The notes under the pieces are model-generated. The model made no database searches. It was not told the origin of the DNA and saw nothing but the letters and a program-made list of their open reading frames with translations. The translations under genes were made by a program, and so were the position numbers. A stretch of 64,000 bases of DNA from a virus, in IMG/VR virus record IMGVR_UViG_3300044213_000060, positions 28,903 through 92,902 of that record; one strand, 5' to 3'. Each line of letters starts with the position of its first letter. Position 1 is the first letter of the stretch. This document shows positions 19,079 through 29,758 of the stretch, piece by piece.

Positions 19079-19778
19079 TTTAACAGCAATTTCTTTTTAT
19101 CCCAGAGGCGGAGGAAATAGATACCTACGTTATATTAAGGGGGATGATTTTAGTTTACCAAATATGTCATATGATCAATTTATTAAAGATCAAATTTTAG
19201 AACATAGATATTTATTGTCAAGTCCGCCAAAAACCAATAATGATTTTGTACTAACGCATTGTGCTAATGTTAAAAGAATAAACGAAGTTCTTGCCCCGAC
19301 AAACATTATTTTTATAAAAACTGACTTTAAAAACAGTTTGCAAAGAGAATGGATGCTACATGGAAAATTTAGATATTCATCTACTAGAATTAAAAAAACT
19401 TATGATAAATTATTGTTAGAAACATATAACGATATCCGTGCTATGCATTGGCCAATAATTGATACGATAGATGAATTTTATTGTTTAAATGAAAACATAA
19501 AAAATGAAGTTATTACACAAATTAAAAATTTAACAATAAATGAAACGCTAAACTCGGCGTGGGCTACTATTTGCTGGCATCACCAATACTACGAACGCTA
19601 CACAGCTGATTGTAGAGTAGATGTTAATGTTGATAATGATAATAATGAATTTGCTAATATGATGCGTGAAGAGCTAGCAAGATATCCAAGTGAATTATTT
19701 GATTTTTGCTGGAAAATTTATACACAATATAGACCTAACGCTAAAATAACAGACTTATACGAAAATGACAAAAAGTGA
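19002..19778 (+). CDS. Hypothetical protein, possible sulfotransferase-like N-terminus (start may be GTG 19071)
   Basis: ISFYPRGGGNRYLR resembles the YPRSGT PAPS-binding loop; AT-rich gene. Confidence 0.4.
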   Translation: MPKQAGSSSIIIVQYFEIKDQWYVSNLTAISFYPRGGGNRYLRYIKGDDFSLPNMSYDQFIKDQILEHRYLLSSPPKTNNDFVLTHCANVKRINEVLAPTNIIFIKTDFKNSLQREWMLHGKFRYSSTRIKKTYDKLLLETYNDIRAMHWPIIDTIDEFYCLNENIKNEVITQIKNLTINETLNSAWATICWHHQYYERYTADCRVDVNVDNDNNEFANMMREELARYPSELFDFCWKIYTQYRPNAKITDLYENDKK

Positions 19779-21150
19779 TTTTATGGCTAGTGCCGAGTGG
19801 ATGAAAGATAATCTCGGCGAAGGCTTGTGTTTAGCTAAATGGAAGCAAGTTAGCCTGCATTTACCTACAGGCTTAAACAACAGTTGCTATCATCCTCCAC
19901 TGCATGCTATTGACGCCGATGTATTAAAAGACAATCCGGGAGCATTACATAATACAGCACACAAAAAAGCTCAACGTAAAATAATGCTTCGTCATGAACG
20001 TCCTGGTGAATGTCAATATTGCTGGAACATGGAAGACTTGGGTAAACTAAGTGATCGTCATTATAGATCTGGAGAACGTTGGGCCGCAGAGGAATATGAT
20101 ACAATTGTAAATAGTACAGGAGACGAAAACGATGTTATCCCTTCATACGTTGAGGTTAATTTTAACCACGCTTGTAATTTGGCTTGCAGCTATTGCAGTC
20201 CTCAGTTTAGCAGTACGTGGCAAACAGAAATCGACCGTTATGGTGGCTATCCTACTAGTACTATTCACAACGACCCTAGTCATTTCACTGGGCGCAATCG
20301 TCCTATTCCCGCCTCCACTGATAACCCCTATGTAACGGCATTTTGGGAATGGTGGCCCACTTTATATCCTAAATTAAAACACTTTCGTATGACTGGCGGT
20401 GAGCCATTAATGGACAAGAATACATACCGAGTATTTGATTATGTGTTGGCTATACCTAACCCAGAATTGCATTTAAATGTAACAAGTAATTTTAGTGTCG
20501 AAGATGCATTGTTTGAAAAATATATAAATTATGTAAAACAGTTATGCAGTACCAATATTGAACATTTCATGCAGTATGTAAGTTTAGATTCTGGAAAATA
20601 CACTCACGCCGAATATATTAGACACGGCTTAAACTTTCATCGTATGCAAAATAATGTGCATAGATTCCTTGGTGAGATTCCATATCGTAATAGTCTTACA
20701 TTTATTATTACAATGAATAATTTAAGTGTATTGGGCTTACAACAACAACTGGAATGGATATTGGATTTACGTAAATCCTATAGCTCAACTTATCAACGTG
20801 TATGGTTTGACACTCCAGTATTGCGTCGACCAGAATGGCAGAGCCTGCAACTGTTACCACCTGTGTATGCAGGAGTATTAGAACGTACTGCAGACTGGAT
20901 GGAAGCAAACTTAGAAACCCCAGATAAACCATTTTGTGGATTTAAAGATTATGAAGTTCAGCGTTTACGCAGAGACATAGCATGGATGCGAGAAGGTAGC
21001 AATCTAGACCCTGACTATGTTAAACTACACAAAGGGAACTTTTATCGATTCTTTAACGAACACGATAAACGTAGAAAAACAAATTTTTTATCAACTTTCC
21101 CGCAGATGAAAGAATTCTGGAAAGAATGTGAATACTATGCCAAAAATTAA
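19765..21150 (+). CDS. N-terminal twitch-domain radical SAM protein 1
   Basis: CLAKW..SCYHP..ECQYCW; CNLACSYC; GGEP. Confidence 0.9.
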   Translation: MTKSDFMASAEWMKDNLGEGLCLAKWKQVSLHLPTGLNNSCYHPPLHAIDADVLKDNPGALHNTAHKKAQRKIMLRHERPGECQYCWNMEDLGKLSDRHYRSGERWAAEEYDTIVNSTGDENDVIPSYVEVNFNHACNLACSYCSPQFSSTWQTEIDRYGGYPTSTIHNDPSHFTGRNRPIPASTDNPYVTAFWEWWPTLYPKLKHFRMTGGEPLMDKNTYRVFDYVLAIPNPELHLNVTSNFSVEDALFEKYINYVKQLCSTNIEHFMQYVSLDSGKYTHAEYIRHGLNFHRMQNNVHRFLGEIPYRNSLTFIITMNNLSVLGLQQQLEWILDLRKSYSSTYQRVWFDTPVLRRPEWQSLQLLPPVYAGVLERTADWMEANLETPDKPFCGFKDYEVQRLRRDIAWMREGSNLDPDYVKLHKGNFYRFFNEHDKRRKTNFLSTFPQMKEFWKECEYYAKN

Positions 21151-22297
21151 TTTAGTAGAAAATAAGACATTTTGTATGCTACCTTTTATTCATACTATGT
21201 TAGATGAACACGATAATTTAAGACTTTGTTGTTTTTCTAATAAAGTAAAATCTTTCCCTGTTGATTTTAATTTTAAAAGCGACAAAATTCTTAATGATGT
21301 TAGATCAAAGATGCTAGTAGGCGATAAAGTATCTTATTGTGAAACATGCTATAGTATAGAGGACTCCGGAGGCGAAAGTTTTCGTAGTATAAATTCTCTG
21401 GAATGGATGGAAAAATTAGGTATATCAGACACTGATGATTTAGAACCAGAGTTAATTTATTACGACATACGTAATGATAATTTATGTAATTTAGCATGTA
21501 GAATTTGCCACCCGGCGGCAAGTAGTCAGTTAGAAAAAGAATATAAAAAACTCAATTGGGTAATATGGCCGCGTTCACCAAAATTAAAGATAACAGATAT
21601 TGTAAATTATTCTACAGTTAAAAAGATGTATATAGCCGGGGGCGAACCTACAATTATGCCATCATTTAGAGAATTTTTAGTTAAAGCAATCGAAAATAAT
21701 AGAACTGATATCGAGATAAGAATGTTAACCAATGCAACAAATCTAAACAAAGATATCTTGTCATTATTGTCTAATTTTAATCATCTAGAAGTATCTATTA
21801 GTATTGATGGGTTTGATGACGTAAACACTTATATAAGATGGCCAAGTGATTGGAATTCTATAGTAAACAATATAGAAAAAATACTAAAAATAACTAATTC
21901 TGTGTCTATCGGAATCGATGTAAATATTTGGAATATATGCAGTTTATATAAATTAATTGATTTTTTGGAGAATAAATTCCCGGGGGTAATTATTAATTTA
22001 ACTGAAGGATGGCCAACAGAAGGTATAAACATTAGACCATTTAATTTTCCAAATAAAGAATTGGCGGTCGAAAGATTAAATTTAATTAAACATTCTATTA
22101 CATACCAAACTAAAACTTTGTTTAAAAATAAAATTGATTATTTTATAACTCGAATTCAAACAGAACCTATAGATTATGATGCACTAAAAAAGTTTTTTAC
22201 CTATAATGATGCACTTGATGCTAGTAGAGAAGTTAAATTAAAAGATTATATACCGGAATTAGAAGCATGCCGAGAATTAATAACGAAACAGATTTAG
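21128..22297 (+). CDS. N-terminal twitch-domain radical SAM protein 2
   Basis: FCMLPF..LCC..CETC; CNLACRIC; GGEP; TNAT; SIDG. Confidence 0.9.
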   Translation: MNTMPKINLVENKTFCMLPFIHTMLDEHDNLRLCCFSNKVKSFPVDFNFKSDKILNDVRSKMLVGDKVSYCETCYSIEDSGGESFRSINSLEWMEKLGISDTDDLEPELIYYDIRNDNLCNLACRICHPAASSQLEKEYKKLNWVIWPRSPKLKITDIVNYSTVKKMYIAGGEPTIMPSFREFLVKAIENNRTDIEIRMLTNATNLNKDILSLLSNFNHLEVSISIDGFDDVNTYIRWPSDWNSIVNNIEKILKITNSVSIGIDVNIWNICSLYKLIDFLENKFPGVIINLTEGWPTEGINIRPFNFPNKELAVERLNLIKHSITYQTKTLFKNKIDYFITRIQTEPIDYDALKKFFTYNDALDASREVKLKDYIPELEACRELITKQI

Positions 22298-23616
22298 AAT
22301 ACAAACACAGAGTGATTGATGTTAAGTCAACATCATTCTGTGGAGCAAAATGGTACAACGCCACTATCTGGTTGGGGTCAGGCATGACCACCAGTTGCCA
22401 TCACCCATTGCCGCATAAAGTGGAGGTTGGTGATGTAGTACGAAATCCCAAAGCATTGCACAACACGCAACAAAAAAAGATGGAGCGTGAACAAATGCAA
22501 AAAGGTGAACGACCAAGTGGTTGTGAATACTGCTGGAAGATAGAAGATATCGGCCGCGATAATATTAGTGACCGTGTTTATAAGACAGTTATCTATTCAG
22601 ATGAAGATTTAGCTTATGCATATCGTACTCCTGCAAGCCGAGATATTAATTTACAGACTCTTGAGATCGCCTTTGATCGTACTTGCCAGCTTGCTTGCAG
22701 TTATTGCAACCCAGCTTTCAGTTCTACCTGGGTCCGTGATATTGATCGTAATGGGCCTTATACCGATCTTGTCAGTGATGGCCGTAACCATTTTACGCAT
22801 AATCACAGATCATCGCAACTATACCGATTTGGCGAAGAAAATCCATATGTCACAGCCTTCCACAAATGGTGGGAATCAGATTTACATCGAACACTAAAAG
22901 AACTACGTATTACAGGTGGGGAACCGCTTATGTCAGGCGAAACGTGGCGACTTATTGATTGGTTTAAAAGTAACAAAGGTAAGTCAAAGACTAGGTTAGC
23001 CATTAACAGTAATTTAGGCCCCGATGTAGATATAGATCGTTTGTTAGATTCAATTGACGGGGTCGAAGTAGACTTATATACTAGTAATGAGTCTATGAGT
23101 TTGCAAGCAGAATATATTCGCGATGGTCTTGTGTTTGATGACTGGGCAAACAATGTAGAACGATTGCTTGATAGCGGTAAGTTTCGTGGACTACATGTTA
23201 TGTGTACAATAAATGCATTGTGTTTAGACAGTATTGATAGTTTTCTAGAATGCGTTTTACAATGGAAAACCGAATATGGTCAAGATGCTATTAATTTTAC
23301 ATTAAATATATTAAGGTTCCCAAGTTTTCAATCGCCATTGGTGTTTACTGATGATTTACGTTCTTATTACAAAAACAAGTTAGAAACTTGGTTTAAGAAT
23401 AATAAGCATTCAGAGTTTTTACATGAAATGGAACAAAATCAAGTTCAACGATTAATTGATTATCTTGATGTTGTTAAAACTCCGCATGCTGATGCCGCAG
23501 AAAGATCTATGCTAGAGAAAGATTTCAAACAGTTTTATACTCAATACGATTTAAGAAGAAATAAAAATTTTGTTGACGCATTTCCAAATATAGCAGACTG
23601 GTACAATTCGATATGA
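22267..23616 (+). CDS. N-terminal twitch-domain radical SAM protein 3
   Basis: FCGAKW..SCHHP..GCEYCW; CQLACSYC; GGEP. Confidence 0.9.
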   Translation: MPRINNETDLEYKHRVIDVKSTSFCGAKWYNATIWLGSGMTTSCHHPLPHKVEVGDVVRNPKALHNTQQKKMEREQMQKGERPSGCEYCWKIEDIGRDNISDRVYKTVIYSDEDLAYAYRTPASRDINLQTLEIAFDRTCQLACSYCNPAFSSTWVRDIDRNGPYTDLVSDGRNHFTHNHRSSQLYRFGEENPYVTAFHKWWESDLHRTLKELRITGGEPLMSGETWRLIDWFKSNKGKSKTRLAINSNLGPDVDIDRLLDSIDGVEVDLYTSNESMSLQAEYIRDGLVFDDWANNVERLLDSGKFRGLHVMCTINALCLDSIDSFLECVLQWKTEYGQDAINFTLNILRFPSFQSPLVFTDDLRSYYKNKLETWFKNNKHSEFLHEMEQNQVQRLIDYLDVVKTPHADAAERSMLEKDFKQFYTQYDLRRNKNFVDAFPNIADWYNSI

Positions 23617-24953
23617 TCAAAGTATTCGATCCTTTAGAATATAAAAAAATAAAGATTGATAGCAAATCCACAAGTTTTTGTGGAGCAAAATATTATCTTG
23701 CAACTATGTGGCTACAAGCAGGAATGACGGCCAGTTGTCATCATAATCCTTCGCATGCAATAGATATTAACGAAATTGCATTAAATCCTAGTGCACTACA
23801 TAATACAAAACAAAAAAAACAAGAACGTGAAGATATGCGGCAAGGATTAAAACCCAGTGGTTGTCATTATTGTTGGAATATAGAATCTATTGGCGATCTA
23901 GCTGTAAGTGATAGAATTTGGAATAGTCATGCAAACAGTGATGAAGAATTAGATCGAGCTTTTGCAGCAGACTATGACGAAAATTTTAATTTAACTAGAT
24001 TGGAAATTAGTTTTGACAGAACTTGCCAATTCGCTTGTAGTTATTGTAGTCCATGGGTAAGTAGTTCATGGCACAAAGATATAAAAATAAACGGCACATA
24101 TAAAAATCTAGAGGTAGAAACTAGACGGCAATATACATCACCAGTAGACAACGATATGCCATATGCACCAAATGAATCTAATCCATATATAGATGCATTT
24201 TTTAAATGGTGGGAATCAGATCTACATAAAACATTAAAAGAACTACGCATCACTGGCGGGGAACCTTTTATGAGTGGACATTTTTGGAGATTGATAGGTT
24301 GGCTACAACATCATAAAGATCAAACAACTGCAACATTTGCTATTAACACTAATCTCGGTTATAATATAAATGAATTAGAGAAATTGTTTAATAAAATAAA
24401 TGGGAATAATGTAGCCTTTTATGTTAGTATTGAATCCGTCGGAGGAAAAAGTGAATATGCACGTGATGGGTTAGATTGGAACGTATTTCATAACAATTTA
24501 GAATATCTTTTTAAACAAAACTGTAAAGTATACATAATGAGTACAGTGAGTGCTATAACATTAGACGGAATGGTTGATTTTTTAGAATACAGCATGAACT
24601 ACAAACTTAAATACGGAATTTCTATATTACAATATACTATAGCTATAGTAGATCATCCTAATTTCCAAAGCCCACTAGTATTACCCTACTATATAAGAAA
24701 ACAATATGCAGACGAAATACAACAATGGGTTAACAAATATAAACACAATTATCCCATGATCTTGCAAGAAGAATCGCATATTGAGAGATTAATACAATTT
24801 TTAAAAACTCCTGACTCAGAAGAAATAAACGGAGTCCCAATAAAAGATTTAAGATCTGGATTTAAAAGTTTTTTCACACAATATGATCAACGAAGAGGAA
24901 AAAGTTTCACAGACACTTTTCCTAGATTAGCAGAATGGTACAACACACTATGA
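23613..24953 (+). CDS. N-terminal twitch-domain radical SAM protein 4 (close paralog of protein 3)
   Basis: FCGAKY..SCHHN..GCHYCW; CQFACSYC; GGEP. Confidence 0.9.
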   Translation: MIKVFDPLEYKKIKIDSKSTSFCGAKYYLATMWLQAGMTASCHHNPSHAIDINEIALNPSALHNTKQKKQEREDMRQGLKPSGCHYCWNIESIGDLAVSDRIWNSHANSDEELDRAFAADYDENFNLTRLEISFDRTCQFACSYCSPWVSSSWHKDIKINGTYKNLEVETRRQYTSPVDNDMPYAPNESNPYIDAFFKWWESDLHKTLKELRITGGEPFMSGHFWRLIGWLQHHKDQTTATFAINTNLGYNINELEKLFNKINGNNVAFYVSIESVGGKSEYARDGLDWNVFHNNLEYLFKQNCKVYIMSTVSAITLDGMVDFLEYSMNYKLKYGISILQYTIAIVDHPNFQSPLVLPYYIRKQYADEIQQWVNKYKHNYPMILQEESHIERLIQFLKTPDSEEINGVPIKDLRSGFKSFFTQYDQRRGKSFTDTFPRLAEWYNTL

Positions 24954-26272
24954 GTATACAAAAAAATTATGATTACCTGTCTAGATATCCTATGTATATT
25001 GACAAAAATCAATTAACTGAACAACAAGAATTTCGTCTTGTTAAAAGTGATCGTTTTTGCATGATGCCATGGGTTCATATGCATGCGTTTCCGGATGGTC
25101 GTGCATATCCGTGTTGTCTAAGTGATTACTGGCACCCGGTTGGGGATTTGCGTAAAAATACAATGCAGGAAGTCTGGAACCAAAACAGGTATAAAACAAT
25201 GCGCAGAAATATGTTAAATGACAAGCCGTCTAAGGAGTGCGTAAAATGTTATGAACAAGAACAACACGGTGCATTCAGCATGCGTAATGACGCTAATAGA
25301 AACTATGGACATCACATTGCTGAAGTAGATAAAACTACTGAAGATGGTGAAAATCCAGATTTTAAAATTCGTTATTGGGATGTTAGATTTAGCAATCTTT
25401 GTAATTTTAAATGCCGTACCTGTGGTCCTATTTTTAGCAGCAATTGGTACAACGACCATGTAAAATTATTTGGTGTAGTTCCGGATGTATTATCACGACC
25501 CATGGAGCGAGTAGAATATACTACTGGTACTGAAGATGGCATGCTTGCACAAATGGAAGAACATATCCCTTACCTTGAGCAAGTTTATTTTGCTGGTGGT
25601 GAGCCACTTATTATGAAAGAACATTATTACCTGCTTGAAAAATTAATCGAGTACGGTAAAACAGATGTTAGAATTTTATATAATACCAACTTTAGTGAAT
25701 TGCATTATAAAGATAAACATGTATTTGAATATTGGCGGCATTTTAAAAATGTCAGTGTTGGTGCAAGTTTAGATGCTAGTGGTTCAAGAGCAGAATTGAT
25801 GCGTAGTGGTACGGACTGGCAGCAAACACTAGATAATCGTCGTCGCATGATGAAAGAAGTTCCGCATGTAGATTTTTATGTAGGCTCCACAGTAAGTTCA
25901 ATGAATGTGCTGCATGTGTTAGACTTTCATAGAGAGTGGACCGAATTAGGATTAATACGAGCAAAAGATTGGAATGTAAATATTTGTCAAAGTCCGGATT
26001 GTTATAGAGCAGATATATTTCCGGAACAGTTTAAACAGGAAGTTATTAAACCTGCATATGAACGACATATAGAGTGGATCGACAGCCAAGATAATCTAAG
26101 ACGTGCAACCAACGGTTTTAAAAGTATGTTAAGTTTTATATTAAACAATAACGGAGTAGAACATTGGGGTAAATTTATTGAAGAAATTAACAGACTTGAT
26201 CAAGTAAGAAATGAAAATTTTTGGAAAACATTTCCTGAACTTGCAGAATTAAAAAATTATGAACCTACCTAA
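24950..26272 (+). CDS. N-terminal twitch-domain radical SAM protein 5
   Basis: FCMMPW..PCC..ECVKC; CNFKCRTC; GGEP; start set at the ATGA overlap (24950). Confidence 0.9.
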   Translation: MSIQKNYDYLSRYPMYIDKNQLTEQQEFRLVKSDRFCMMPWVHMHAFPDGRAYPCCLSDYWHPVGDLRKNTMQEVWNQNRYKTMRRNMLNDKPSKECVKCYEQEQHGAFSMRNDANRNYGHHIAEVDKTTEDGENPDFKIRYWDVRFSNLCNFKCRTCGPIFSSNWYNDHVKLFGVVPDVLSRPMERVEYTTGTEDGMLAQMEEHIPYLEQVYFAGGEPLIMKEHYYLLEKLIEYGKTDVRILYNTNFSELHYKDKHVFEYWRHFKNVSVGASLDASGSRAELMRSGTDWQQTLDNRRRMMKEVPHVDFYVGSTVSSMNVLHVLDFHREWTELGLIRAKDWNVNICQSPDCYRADIFPEQFKQEVIKPAYERHIEWIDSQDNLRRATNGFKSMLSFILNNNGVEHWGKFIEEINRLDQVRNENFWKTFPELAELKNYEPT

Positions 26273-27473
26273 TACTATTTGTATGTTGCCTTGGATTAGC
26301 ATAGAAACTAGTCCTGTTGGAACTGCACGCCCATGTTGTATGGCACACGAAGAAATCACCGACGAACACGGGGAAAAATACGATTTAAATCAAACTGATT
26401 TAACCACGATATACCGTAGTGAATATATGCAAAATTTGCGCAGGCAATTTCGCAATGGCCTAAAACCTGAAACATGCTCGCGATGCTGGGATGAAGAAGA
26501 CGCCGGCAGAACCAGTAAACGATTGCACACACAAGATCGATTGAAGGAACTATTTGCACAAGTTGATTGGACCAATGATAACCCTGAACAACTGTGGTTT
26601 ATTGATTTAAAGTTAGGCAATATCTGTAATTTAAAATGTCGTATCTGCGGTTCGTGGTCTAGCAGTAAATGGGCCGAAGAAGAACTAGCATACATGCCCG
26701 AATTAGAAGATAAAAAATCTCATCTTGCATACAAACTGCTACGTGCCGGAGCATGGCCTCGTAAAACAGAAACATTTTGGGACGATTTAAAATCACTGCT
26801 ACCTAACATCAAATACTTTGAGTTTACTGGCGGCGAACCCTGGATGATTCAAGAACATTTTGACCTTCTACAATATGCAGTGGATACGGGGCATAGTCAT
26901 CATATTGATATTCACTATAATACTAATGGTTCCCAGTGGCCTAAGAATCCGCTATTATGGAAAGAATTTGGCCGGGTGGATATTGCATTCAGTATTGACA
27001 ATGTGGGCGATCGATTTGAGTATGAACGCTATGGTGCCAAGTGGGATGAAGCAAATAAAATTATTGATGCCACACATGTTTTAAAAGATACAAGTTTACC
27101 AAATATTACCACACAACTTTGCTTTACGATCAACGTACAAAATGTTTACTACTTAGATGAACTTCTTGCGTGGGCAGATACAAAAGGATTTGGAGATATC
27201 TATTTTAACATGATGCATGGCCCTGCACACATGAGTGTTCAATACATGCCCTTGGCTGCTAAAGAATTAGTATTAAACAAATTAAAAACAACATCTTGGA
27301 CAACCAATAATTATCAACAAGAAATTAACAATATTATTAATTTTATTGAATTAGGTCCTGGCAGCGACGGAAAAGAATTTTTAATTAAAATGAAAATAAC
27401 GGATCAATATCGCCGACAAAACTTTATGGATACACATCCAGAAATAGCTGCAGCAATGGGTTATGGACGCTGA
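26259..27473 (+). CDS. N-terminal twitch-domain radical SAM protein 6
   Basis: ICMLPW..PCC..TCSRCW; CNLKCRIC; GGEP; TNG. Confidence 0.9.
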   Translation: MNLPNTICMLPWISIETSPVGTARPCCMAHEEITDEHGEKYDLNQTDLTTIYRSEYMQNLRRQFRNGLKPETCSRCWDEEDAGRTSKRLHTQDRLKELFAQVDWTNDNPEQLWFIDLKLGNICNLKCRICGSWSSSKWAEEELAYMPELEDKKSHLAYKLLRAGAWPRKTETFWDDLKSLLPNIKYFEFTGGEPWMIQEHFDLLQYAVDTGHSHHIDIHYNTNGSQWPKNPLLWKEFGRVDIAFSIDNVGDRFEYERYGAKWDEANKIIDATHVLKDTSLPNITTQLCFTINVQNVYYLDELLAWADTKGFGDIYFNMMHGPAHMSVQYMPLAAKELVLNKLKTTSWTTNNYQQEINNIINFIELGPGSDGKEFLIKMKITDQYRRQNFMDTHPEIAAAMGYGR

Positions 27474-28473
27474 TTTAATATTTCACCGGCAACATAGAAA
27501 TTTGCCTTCGCCAAAAACAGTTACTAATACCTGTGACTGGCCATGGCATCAATTAAACATTGACAGCCAAGGGCGATTGTTTGTCTGCGGGTGTGATGCA
27601 TGGGTACCGTTTAGTGCAGGTACTGTAAATGATTTTGGTAGTTTTGCACAGGTGTTTGCAAGTCCGGTTGCACAGCAAGTACAAAATGCTATTACCGCAG
27701 GTACATTTGATTACTGCGATACCCGCCATTGCGGAGTTATGCAAAACAATCAAACAACACAATATGATTATTATTTGCATATAGGTATAGATGACAGTTG
27801 TAATTTGTTATGTCCAAGCTGTCGAAAAGATAAAATATTTAGAAGTGATGCTGAATGGATTGATCCTAGACTACAATGGATAGAACAAATAAATCAATGG
27901 ATACAACAAGTTCCTGATAAGACGGTACATATTATGATAGGTGCAAATGGTGATCCATTTGCAAGTTTAATTTATAGACACTTGATTAAACGTGTTGATT
28001 TCGCTCAAAATGTCAGTTTTAGTTTTCGCACCAATGGATTGTTAATGCAAAAACATCTGGCAGAATTTACCATACTGCCCAGGATACGCAATTTAGATAT
28101 TAGCATAGATGCCGCAACTGCTAAAACCTATGCTATTACACGTCGTGGCGGTGATTGGGACATACTAATAGAAAATTTAAAATTTGCTCAGAGTATAAAA
28201 GAACAGTACAATATTAATCTTGTTGGCAATTTCGTAGTACAACGTGCAAACTTTAGAGAAGTTCCTGAATTTGCACAATTGTGTTGGCAGTACGAGTTAG
28301 TGCCTAGTTATCAAATATTACAAGATTGGGGTACATACAAAAACTTTAAAGAAGAATGTGTACATTTCACTGATAGCCTACACTATAATGAATTCTGCCA
28401 AATATTTAAAGACGCCAGCTGGCAAACAGACAAGATTTATTTAAACGCGGTCCATGAGTATATTAAAACCTGA
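27463..28473 (+). CDS. N-terminal twitch-domain radical SAM protein 7 (divergent)
   Basis: CDWPW..CGC..YCDTRHC; CNLLCPSC; NGDPF in place of GGEP; TNG; SIDA. Confidence 0.85.
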   Translation: MDADLIFHRQHRNLPSPKTVTNTCDWPWHQLNIDSQGRLFVCGCDAWVPFSAGTVNDFGSFAQVFASPVAQQVQNAITAGTFDYCDTRHCGVMQNNQTTQYDYYLHIGIDDSCNLLCPSCRKDKIFRSDAEWIDPRLQWIEQINQWIQQVPDKTVHIMIGANGDPFASLIYRHLIKRVDFAQNVSFSFRTNGLLMQKHLAEFTILPRIRNLDISIDAATAKTYAITRRGGDWDILIENLKFAQSIKEQYNINLVGNFVVQRANFREVPEFAQLCWQYELVPSYQILQDWGTYKNFKEECVHFTDSLHYNEFCQIFKDASWQTDKIYLNAVHEYIKT

Positions 28474-29758
28474 TACACTATGTATGGCTCCGTGGACTCA
28501 CACATATCTAAGTCCACAAACAGAAAGACGCATGTGCTGTGCGTCGCGAGAGCCTGCGCAGAATTTTCAGCAGTATATTGATACTGGTAGTGGTACTGGT
28601 CAGTATATACCGATCACTTTGGATGAACATTGGAATGGGGAGCATCTAAGATCAGTGCGCCTGCGCATGTTGCGCGGGGAAACCCTCCCAGAGTGTGAAG
28701 TATGCAATGACAAGCTATTGAACACTGATGTTTACCGTAGTTATTTTAATCAACTGTTTGGGCATAAGTACGATAGTGTAATTGAAACTACAGATAGCAC
28801 GGGTTATACAACAATGAAACCAGTGTCGTGGGATTATCGTTTTAGTAATCTCTGTAATTTCAAATGCCGTATGTGCGGAGACATGTTAAGCAGTGCTTGG
28901 GAGTCAGAGCAACGCCAACACAACATGGTCGATTATGCTAATCCAAAAAATAATTGGATGCGACCTGAAGTCAAGCAACAAATTGAACAGTTTCAATCTA
29001 CTCAAGTAGAGCAAGAATTTGCCGATGCAGTTGAAGAACACCGTGTCGAAGAGGTCTACTGGGTAGGAGGAGAACCGTTGATGTACGAACAACACTGGAA
29101 GTACATGCAACGTATTGTTGAATTAGGAGATGGACCAAATGTTTACGCACGTTACAACACCAACCTTTCAAGGGTTCGTTACAAAGGTGTTAATTTATAC
29201 AGCGATATTCTTGGGCATTTGCGCGATTGGCAAATTTGTGCGTCAATTGATGGCACCGGCCAAATCGGAGAATACATCCGAACAGGCCTTGACTATGATC
29301 AATGGCTTAGAAACTTCCGTGAAGGAGTTGAGATCGCAACTAACCGACGTCAAATGCGAATTGACTTCACACTCACATTGCCAGGTATGTTCGAAACCCA
29401 TAACATTATGCGATTGTCGCGAGAGCTAGATGTAGATATACTAGCTAAAGTAATTTTTAGTTTTAGCCCGGACATAGTTATGTCACCTTTAGCCCTACCT
29501 AGAGAACTTTTAGAACCCTGGATAGACGAAACAATTAGCAAATTAGCAAGTGGTAGCAACCCGTTAAAGGATATACTTGTCCAACTAAAAACTAGACCTA
29601 CATTTGCGGAACAATGGCCCAATGAATATGCCAACGCCATTGCTCGAGGCAAGGCTCGTGTGTTAAAATTAGAAAGTATACGCACACAGCCTATTACAAT
29701 GGCCGAAATATTAAAGGAAAGACCTGATGTCTACAACTGGTGGCAATCAATTGCTTGA
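28454..29758 (+). CDS. N-terminal twitch-domain radical SAM protein 8
   Basis: LCMAPW..MCC..ECEVC; CNFKCRMC; GGEP; SIDG. Confidence 0.9.
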   Translation: MSILKPDTLCMAPWTHTYLSPQTERRMCCASREPAQNFQQYIDTGSGTGQYIPITLDEHWNGEHLRSVRLRMLRGETLPECEVCNDKLLNTDVYRSYFNQLFGHKYDSVIETTDSTGYTTMKPVSWDYRFSNLCNFKCRMCGDMLSSAWESEQRQHNMVDYANPKNNWMRPEVKQQIEQFQSTQVEQEFADAVEEHRVEEVYWVGGEPLMYEQHWKYMQRIVELGDGPNVYARYNTNLSRVRYKGVNLYSDILGHLRDWQICASIDGTGQIGEYIRTGLDYDQWLRNFREGVEIATNRRQMRIDFTLTLPGMFETHNIMRLSRELDVDILAKVIFSFSPDIVMSPLALPRELLEPWIDETISKLASGSNPLKDILVQLKTRPTFAEQWPNEYANAIARGKARVLKLESIRTQPITMAEILKERPDVYNWWQSIA

